A stretch of 64,000 bases of DNA from Octopus vulgaris (Eukaryota). Position numbers and translations under genes: made by a program. Within the stretch, counting starts at the first letter, position 1, and the number at the start of each line of letters is the position of its first letter. Under the pieces are notes generated by a model. The model saw only the letters and a program-made list of their open reading frames with translations, was not told where the DNA came from and ran no database searches. Positions 56,645 to 64,000 of the stretch are shown here, in pieces. The stretch spans positions 97,154,001-97,218,000 of the forward strand of contig OX597818.1 of assembly GCA_951406725.2 (NCBI GenBank), in the 5' to 3' direction.

Positions 56645-56684
56645 CCACTGATGAGGTCTCAGAAGTGTGAGGAAAGAACTCTGG
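56645..56684 (+). ncRNA. Hammerhead motif, inverted mutated copy of 56110-56149
   Basis: cca-CUGAUGA-ggucucagaagugugag-GAAA-gaac-UC^ugg, with two substitutions in stem II. Confidence 0.65.
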
Positions 56685-56824
56685 CCGAAATAAGATTAAA
56701 ATTAATGTTAAAAATAAATAAAGCTGACCATTAATCCAAACATGAACGAAGAGAAAACACAACAACGCGAGGACGTGGAACAAATATAGTATTATTGGAC
56801 GCTCAGGAAAGGAAAGAAAGGAGG

Positions 56825-56859
56825 GTTTAACATTTCGAGCGGAGCTCTTCGTCAGAAAC
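56825..56859 (-). ncRNA. Minimal type I hammerhead motif
   Basis: Minus strand reads guuu-CUGACGA-a-gagc(ucc)gcuc-GAAA-ug-UU^aaac. Stem III AUGU is probably a CpG-decayed ACGU. Confidence 0.75.
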
Positions 56860-56938
56860 AAAGAAAAAGGAAAGGTCCAAGGAAGGGAAGACAGAGAAAG
56901 AAAATCGCCAACGATATACACGCGGTCACATATTGAAA

Positions 56939-56989
<51 letters not shown>

Positions 56990-58279
56990 TCACACACATA
57001 TGTGAAATGATAGATATGTATTTGTGTGCGCGCGCGTATGTGCATGTGTGTGTGTGTGTGTGTGTGAATGAGTGTGGTCTAGGGATTAGGAGTAATGGTC
57101 ATAAGATCGTGGATTCCTAGATCTGGCGGCGCTTTGTGTCCTTGAACAAGACAATAAGTTTCATATTGTTGCGATCTCTGCCTATGTATGTATGTATGTA
57201 TGTATGTATGTATGTATGTATGTATGTATGTATGTATGTGCGTGTGTATGCACGTACGTGCATATATATGTATACGTATATGTGTGTGTATGTGTATGTA
57301 TATATATGTGTGTGTGTGTGTGTGTGCATGTGTGTGTATGTGTGTGTGTGTGTGTGTGTGAGTCTGTGTGTGTAACAATGTAGACATGTTGAGAATGGCG
57401 TGTGTGTACAAGAAGTAACTCGAAGCGTTTATGTATCTCCGAAACCTTAAAAATCGGAGATTATAAGCGTCACATTATTCCTATTTTTCTGAATTTTTAA
57501 CCATGTGAAAATAAAATCATTTGCTATTGAATTCCGTCATTTGAAGGTACGTAATTTCTAAATAAATATTTCGAAGCGTGTCTCCAGTCATTCGTTTAAG
57601 CCGTTGTCTTGAAATTATTTCTCGCTAAAACAGAAATTTCATTGAAAATATGTGATGTGGTCAAGAATTAACCTTTGGATTTTTATTGTCATTGACCATG
57701 TTTTTTTGTAAACACTAAATGTTCTTGGAATGAATATGAAAAAAAAAATTTTGTGGTTTCCTAACTGTACGAATATAAAAGCTGATTTGGAAACAATTCT
57801 CAGTTAAACCAGCATAATTTCTGAGAAAACATATAGTACTTGATTATATTTCAGCCCAATACATGAAGACTTAACGTTAAGAGGTGGATTGTTTGGAGCA
57901 ATACAATATCGAGTAGAGATTGAATTAATGTTGAGAGAAAGGTTTCTGGAATTAAAATAGTTAATGGTACTTGCAAATGTTTTACAACAAGAATGCCTCA
58001 TCTTGATTAAATTTCTATTAAAAATCTTATGTAATCTGTTTCATCGAAAAATGAAATGAGATTAAATTTAAGATGTCACTTGAAGTATGTATACGTACAT
58101 TGAAACTAAAAATAAAATAAAATGAAATGACAGTACATTTTTTTTTACTTACGTCACATCTACACGTAATCTTTGACGCCATATGTTTTAGAACTGGACT
58201 GATATTATTAATTACATAGACGCAAGTCGATAATTCTCTGTTATTTCTATTTTTTTTCTTTTATATTTCAGCAAGGAAA

Positions 58280-58339
58280 ATGGATTACGTTGAATCATGC
58301 GGAAGAAGCCTTATTGTCATTCTCAATCTTTTACTTTTT
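58280..58339 (+). CDS. Tetraspanin, first coding exon (MDYVESCGRSLIVILNLLLF); exon starts at 58272
   Basis: Polypyrimidine tract plus CAG acceptor ending at 58271, ATG at 58280 and GTAAGT donor at 58340. The peptide has the tetraspanin N-terminus/TM1 pattern (C-x-R-x-L...N-L-L-L-F). Phase 0, matching the next exon. Confidence 0.85.
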
Positions 58340-59249
58340 GTAAGTAATACAAAATGAGGAACTATCTATATTAGAAAGAAAAGTAGGCTAGGTGTAGCTG
58401 TGTGACAAGAAGTTTGTTTCCCAACCACATGGTTTCGGGTTCAGTCCTACTGCGTAGTACCTCGGGCAAGCATCTACTATGTCTTTGGGTCGACCATAAT
58501 CTTGTGAATGAATTTGGTAAACTGAAACTGTGTGGAAGTCATCGTATATACATATATGTGTGTGTGTTTTTGTGTTTGCTCTCAAGCCATCGCTTGACAA
58601 CCGTGTTGGCTTGTATACATCCCCGTAACTTAGTGGATCGCCTAGGAGATCGGTAGGAACAGTATCAGACTTTAAAAAATTAGTCAAACCCTTGAATAAA
58701 CCAGTCAAGGGTTTGACTAAACCTTTGAGGGGCTTAGTCAAATAAATTTAGTCGATTTGCTTGACTAAACTCCTCTTGACTGAAACAAGTGAAAGATAAA
58801 AGAAAAAGAAAAAAAAAGCGGTTTTCAAAGCATTCATTTAAATTAAGCATTTCATTTTTATTTATTTTAATTTAATTTACTTTTTCTTTTTAAATAAACG
58901 TTGACTTGTGAAAATGCTCTTCCTCTATTTTACCTTTCACCTAAAATTTAATTTTTTATAAATTGAGGTTCTTATAATTTCTCCGCATATCTTTCGACCT
59001 GTATGATATTTGTGAAAACAAGCAATTTAAATACTAACATCTCTTTTAACTACAAAAATTAATTTCTCAGAGATTACTTAAAATATAAAACGTAGAATTT
59101 TTTTAATCAGTTGGACCCATTAATATAATTTTACTCAAATGCTCTAATAGACCAAGAAGTCGGAAAGAATCCCTGTTATGACAAATGTAGCTAAGAATAT
59201 ACTACACTTCTAAGAATTGTATGAAATTTGTTGGGGTCATGACTAGTAA

Positions 59250-60064
59250 TACAAGGTGGCATCAAAAGGTTCCCGGACTTATTTACCTAAGTTTTAACAT
59301 TATCTCCTTCGAATTAATCATCTTGCGCAGCAATACACCGGTCCCAGCGATTCTGCTACTTTTGAAATCCGGCCTGGAAGTCGTTTTCCGTAAGCGAGTC
59401 GAGGACCTTCTGCGATTCACCCTGGATCTCAACAACAGTGCTGAAACGGTGACCTTTGAGCTGCATTTTCATCGTTGGAAAGAGATGGAAGTCCACGGGC
59501 GCTAAATCTGGCGAATAGAGTGGGTGTCGAGGCGATACCATGTTGTTTTTGGCGAAAAACTCACGAGTGAGGAGAGAATCGGCAGAGAATCTAATTCTTC
59601 GTGTTCCACAAACGCTTCAAAACGTTGCAGTAGAACTCTTGATTAACGGTCTGGCTCTGAGACATGAATTCTCGATGCACAAAACCACATTTCTGTGGAT
59701 GACGCTTGTGACAGGTCCTCCAGATAGCTCATCGCCTTCCAGGGACGTTCTTCCGCTTTTAAAGCGCCCGTGCCACCCGAAACATTGCGTACCACCCATT
59801 GCCTCATCGCCGTAAGCTTGCCGAAGCATGCTCAATGTCTCTGTAGCAGATTTCCCAAGTTTAACACAAAATTTCATGTTGGATCTTTATTCCTGTCCAT
59901 GACAAAATCGCAACTACAGTATACATATGATCACAAACATACAAATATCACAACTTGCGAAGTAAACACAGCGATGTCACTCGGCACACTATCTCATGAA
60001 GGTCACTGCTAGCTCTCTCACTGCGCACGTAACCATGTGTTGCTGTCTGCTGACGCGCTACAGA
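59250..60064 (-). mobile_element. Internally deleted mariner element
   Basis: MKFCVKLGKSATETLSMLRQAYGDEAM and HPLYSPDLAPVDFHLFP, with a TIR remnant tacaaggtggcatcaaaaggttccc at the left end. Confidence 0.9.
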
Positions 60065-60231
60065 ACTAGTCATGACCCCAACAAACTTCATACAATTCTT
60101 AGAAGGGTAGTATATTCTTAGCTACATCAGTTGTAACATGGACTCTTTCCGTCTTCTTGCTCTATTAGAGCATTTGAGTAAAATTATATTAATGTGTCCA
60201 ACTGATTAAAAAAATTCTGTTTATTTATTTA

Positions 60232-60317
60232 TGCAGCTGAGGATAGCCTTGCATTTAAATTGGTGTAATGATTGGTTTGTTCAATTAAATGGAGCCGCTT
60301 GAAGCGGTCGTACTGCA
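60232..60317 (+). ncRNA. Type I hammerhead motif with long stem II (GAAA changed to GAAG, decayed)
   Basis: ugcag-CUGAGGA-u-agc...cauuuaa/uuaaaug...gcu-u-GAAG-cggucg-UA^cugca. Same family as the half motif at 36.2 kb, which retains GAAACGAUCGUA. Confidence 0.7.
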
Positions 60318-60338
60318 CCACCTCTTGATATCTTGTTG

Positions 60339-60379
<41 letters not shown>

Positions 60380-60384
<5 letters not shown>

Positions 60385-60541
60385 AGGGACTAAAGCCATC
60401 TGAATATGGCTAGGGACAGGGCAGGGTGGTGGGGGTGTTACTGTTGCATTTAGCCCCAGGCGAACATCGACGTCACCAGAAAGGCTCGACACCGTCACGG
60501 TGCCCTAAACCTGCAAAGGGAGGTAATTCCCCGATGAAGCG
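60380..60541 (-). repeat. Inverted partial copy of the 359-bp unit
   Basis: Reverse complement of the unit segment cgcttcatcggggaatt...agtcccttatgt, joined directly to the array. Confidence 0.9.
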
Positions 60542-60758
60542 TAAATGCAACAGTAACACCCCCACCACCCTGCCCTGTCCCTAGCCATATTCAGATGGCT
60601 TTAGTCCCTTATGTTATCGAGCAGTTACTGTCTATATCCCTTTTAGAGAATTATTATTGCTTTCGAACAGATTTTCGAAATCAGCAAATGTATTTTGCTT
60701 GAAAATCTATATAAGAAATCCTGCATAGTGAGAATTCGTCGAGGAAGCGGAGGCCTAC

Positions 60759-60804
60759 CACACGCCGATGATAGGCAATACACCTTGAAACCATGGTCCG
60801 TGTG
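60759..60804 (+). ncRNA. Type I hammerhead ribozyme motif, array copy 1
   Basis: cacacg-CCGAUGA-u-agg(caauaca)ccu-u-GAAA-ccaugg-UC^cgugug. Stem I has 6 bp plus an extension, stem III is the palindrome ACCAUGGU, and the GUC triplet predicts a cut after 60798. The core has U4C. Confidence 0.8.
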
Positions 60805-61117
60805 TGGTTTCCGCTTCATCGGGGAATTACCTCCCTTTGCAGGTTTAGGGCACCGTGACGGTGTCGAGCCTTTCTGGTGACGTCGATGTTCGCCTGGGGC
60901 TAAATGCAACAGTAACACCCCCACCACCCTGCCCTGTCCCTAGCCATATTCAGATGGCTTTAGTCCCTTATGTTATCGAGCAGTTACTGTCTATATCCCT
61001 TTTAGAGAATTATTATTGCTTTCGAACAGATTTTCGAAATCAGCAAATGTATTTTGCTTGAAAATCTATATAAGAAATCCTGCATAGTGAGAATTCGTCG
61101 AGGAAGCGGAGGTCTAC

Positions 61118-61163
61118 CACACGCCGATGATAGGCAATACACCTTGAAACCATGGTCCGTGTG
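61118..61163 (+). ncRNA. Type I hammerhead ribozyme motif, array copy 2
   Basis: Same motif as 60759-60804, offset by 359 bp. Confidence 0.8.
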
Positions 61164-61476
61164 TGGTTTCCGCTTCATCGGGGAATTACCTCCCTTTGCA
61201 GGTTTAGGGCACCGTGACGGTGTCGAGCCTTTCTGGTGACGTCGATGTTCGCCTGGGGCTAAATGCAACAGTAACACCCCCACCACCCTGCCCTGTCCCT
61301 AGCCATATTCAGATGGCTTTAGTCCCTTATGTTATCGAGCAGTTACTGTCTATATCCCTTTTAGAGAATTATTATTGCTTTCGAACAGATTTTCGAAATC
61401 AGCAAATGTATTTTGCTTGAAAATCTATATAAGAAATCCTGCATAGTGAGAATTCGTCGAGGAAGCGGAGGCCTAC

Positions 61477-61522
61477 CACACGCCGATGATAGGCAATACA
61501 CCTTGAAACCATGGTCCGTGTG
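61477..61522 (+). ncRNA. Type I hammerhead ribozyme motif, array copy 3
   Basis: Same motif, offset by 718 bp. Confidence 0.8.
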
Positions 61523-61835
61523 TGGTTTCCGCTTCATCGGGGAATTACCTCCCTTTGCAGGTTTAGGGCACCGTGACGGTGTCGAGCCTTTCTGGTGACG
61601 TCGATGTTCGCCTGGGGCTAAATGCAACAGTAACACCCCCACCACCCTGCCCTGTCCCTAGCCATATTCAGATGGCTTTAGTCCCTTATGTTATCGAGCA
61701 GTTACTGTCTATATCCCTTTTAGAGAATTATTATTGCTTTCGAACAGATTTTCGAAATCAGCAAATGTATTTTGCTTGAAAATCTATATAAGAAATCCTG
61801 CATAGTGAGAATTCGTCGAGGAAGCGGAGGCCTAC

Positions 61836-61881
61836 CACACGCCGATGATAGGCAATACACCTTGAAACCATGGTCCGTGTG
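61836..61881 (+). ncRNA. Type I hammerhead ribozyme motif, array copy 4
   Basis: Same motif, offset by 1077 bp. Confidence 0.8.
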
Positions 61882-62095
61882 TGGTTTCCGCTTCATCGGG
61901 GAATTACCTCCCTTTGCAGGTTTAGGGCACCGTGACGGTGTCGAGCCTTTCTGGTGACGTCGATGTTCGCCTGGGGCTAAATGCAACAGTAACACCCCCA
62001 CCACCCTGCCCTGTCCCTAGCCATATTCAGATGGCTTTAGTCCCTTATGTTATCGAGCAGTTACTGTCTATATCCCTTTTAGAGAATTATTATTG

Positions 62096-62206
<111 letters not shown>

Positions 62207-62311
62207 TAGATAGATAGATAAGTAGGTAGTAGATGTGTGTGTGTGTGTGTGTTTTATCCCCCGTTGTGGACGTGAATTACTAAATATTACTGTCCTTTTG
62301 TTTTCCTTCAG

Positions 62312-62575
62312 TTGTTTTCCGCCATTATGGTGGTGGTCGGCTGTCTGGTGAAATATTCTTCACCAGTCTTCAACCGTTACTTCACTCCCATTATGGACAG
62401 CGTGCAGCGGTTAGCCACCGAAGAACCCGCCGAGCATTCCTTGGGCAACATCAACATTGCAGATATCATTAACGAGGCAGCTACTGTCGCCATCGTTCTA
62501 GGGACTGTCTTGCTGATTATTTCTGTGTTCGGCTGGTGTGGTGCCTGTTGTAAAGTTCGATGGATGCTGGCTGTG
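62312..62575 (+). CDS. Tetraspanin, second coding exon (end of TM1, EC1, TM2, GWCGACCKVRWML); the gene continues beyond this exon
   Basis: ttttgttttccttcag acceptor, 264 nt open in phase 0, GTAAGT donor at 62576. Carries the G-x-C-G-A motif after TM2 that is typical of tetraspanins. Confidence 0.9.
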
Positions 62576-63917
62576 GTAAGTTCTCTACTTTTTCTTTCTC
62601 CCTACCAATCTGTCTGTGTGTCTGTCTGCTTATTTGTCTGTCTGTCCATTTATTTGTTTGTTTCTCTGTCTGTTCCCCCCATCTCTCTTTCCCCCCCTCT
62701 CTCTCATCTCTATATCATGTGGAGCCTGTTGTCAAGTCCGTAAGATGCTAGTGTGGTAAGCTCTCTCCCCTTTTCTCCCTTCTCCCATTCCGTCCTCTCT
62801 TTACTTACATCCATCTTTCTTTTTAATTGAATATATTTTTTTACTGAGCTATTAATTCATTTCATCCTTCACACTTTCCTCTTTGTTGGACCATAAACTG
62901 ACTGGGCGACTAAATAACTCGCTTACTCCGTCTTGCTTAATAGTCTGACTTTTTCTGAGTCCTGCTTTTTTGCAGTATAACCTATTACCCCTTTCTTTTG
63001 AGGTTAATGTAAAGATGAACTGTTGGCCTGATTCTCAGAAGCTATTTCGGTTCATAACCGTCATGTCGGGCAACGTGAAAGTCACCAGCTATGTGATAAG
63101 ATCATTTGGTGGTGAAGAGACGTGGTCATATGAGTGAAGAAGGTTAGGTTCGTTGCAAAACTGAAGTGAATTAGCGAGTTGGCAACTTTCATGCCGTTAT
63201 ATACAGAGGGTCTGGCGTTGATGCTGTATCTTGAATTGAGCGAAGGATCCCTGCTACATGCAGAAAAAAATAGAAGTCAGAATGAGGAAGTTTTTACGAA
63301 GGAAGTGGTTGAGGTTTACAGCAGACTAGGGAGAGCAACAATACTGGGGACCAAGTGGGTGTGTTCGCCAACGAAATCAGATGAATATACTGGCGTTAAT
63401 GACTGGTTTCTCTAAGCACTTTTCAAAAGTGCTACAGCAGTTGCCAGACATCGAGACCATGATGACTATAGAGGATTTAGGGGTCATAACCAGAGTGCTA
63501 GCACCAAACAGCGCATACGGTGTTGCGACAATAGCTACAGTGTGGCAGAGTTTAATGATACAGCAAGCTGAAAGCATCATGGCGTCGGAAGAAGATAGAA
63601 AGCAATTGAGACCGTTCAAGGATCAGTGTTCAGATGTTATGGGCTGCACATAGTGAGAGAGTGCAAGGATCCTGAACCAGAATTGGTCTGTTAACGGTAT
63701 GATCAGGATGATCATAAAGCGATTCAGTGCAATTAAGGAAAAGAAAGAAGGGCGATTACTGCACCAAGTAGAGGTGCCCTTTCATTTGCTGCCCGTAGTG
63801 GAAGTTCCGGAGGGGGAAAACAGGATGAAAACCCTATTAGATAGAGTCTGCACAGCCATCCTAATGTCTTCAAGGCTGATGGAAAGCTGAGGTGGGGCGG
63901 GCAGTATAAGAGAAATT

Positions 63918-64000
63918 GTTCATTATAAGAGTATCGAAGCGTGGGAGTTCATTATAAGAGTATCGAAGAATGGGAGTTCATTATAAGAGTATCGAAGCAT
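63918..64000 (+). repeat. 29-bp minisatellite running off the window end
   Basis: gttcattataagagtatcgaag recurs at 63918, 63947 and 63976. Confidence 0.9.

Noticed and set aside
58680-58720. 16-bp perfect hairpin (ttagtcaaacccttga / tcaagggtttgactaa)
   Set aside because: A local rearrangement inside a decayed family B SINE, with no sign of function.
60785-60826. Antisense hammerhead-like core CCGAUGA-agcg-GAAAC in the repeat unit
   Set aside because: No stem I can be formed. It is the complement of the extended stem I of the sense ribozyme.

Overview
AT-rich, microsatellite-dense animal genomic DNA. The SINE families and repeat landscape look like an octopod cephalopod, but that is inferred from recall, not from a search. 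Almost all ORFs in the supplied track are microsatellite or TE artefacts. The only well-supported host gene is a + strand tetraspanin, with two phase-0 coding exons at 58280-58339 and 62312-62575. The rest is SINEs, LINE fragments, Tc1/mariner/pogo elements and MITEs, non-autonomous Helitrons and a Penelope (GIY-YIG) remnant. The main discovery is a dense set of type I hammerhead ribozyme motifs: about 11 complete motifs plus several remnants, from different families, mostly with a palindromic minimal stem III. Four lie in a near-perfect 359-bp tandem array, inserted in (TA)n and sense-oriented inside the tetraspanin intron. This is the architecture of a retrozyme-like, Penelope-dependent element. 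Another lies just downstream of the Penelope endonuclease ORF. All folds were made by eye and ribozyme activity is untested.
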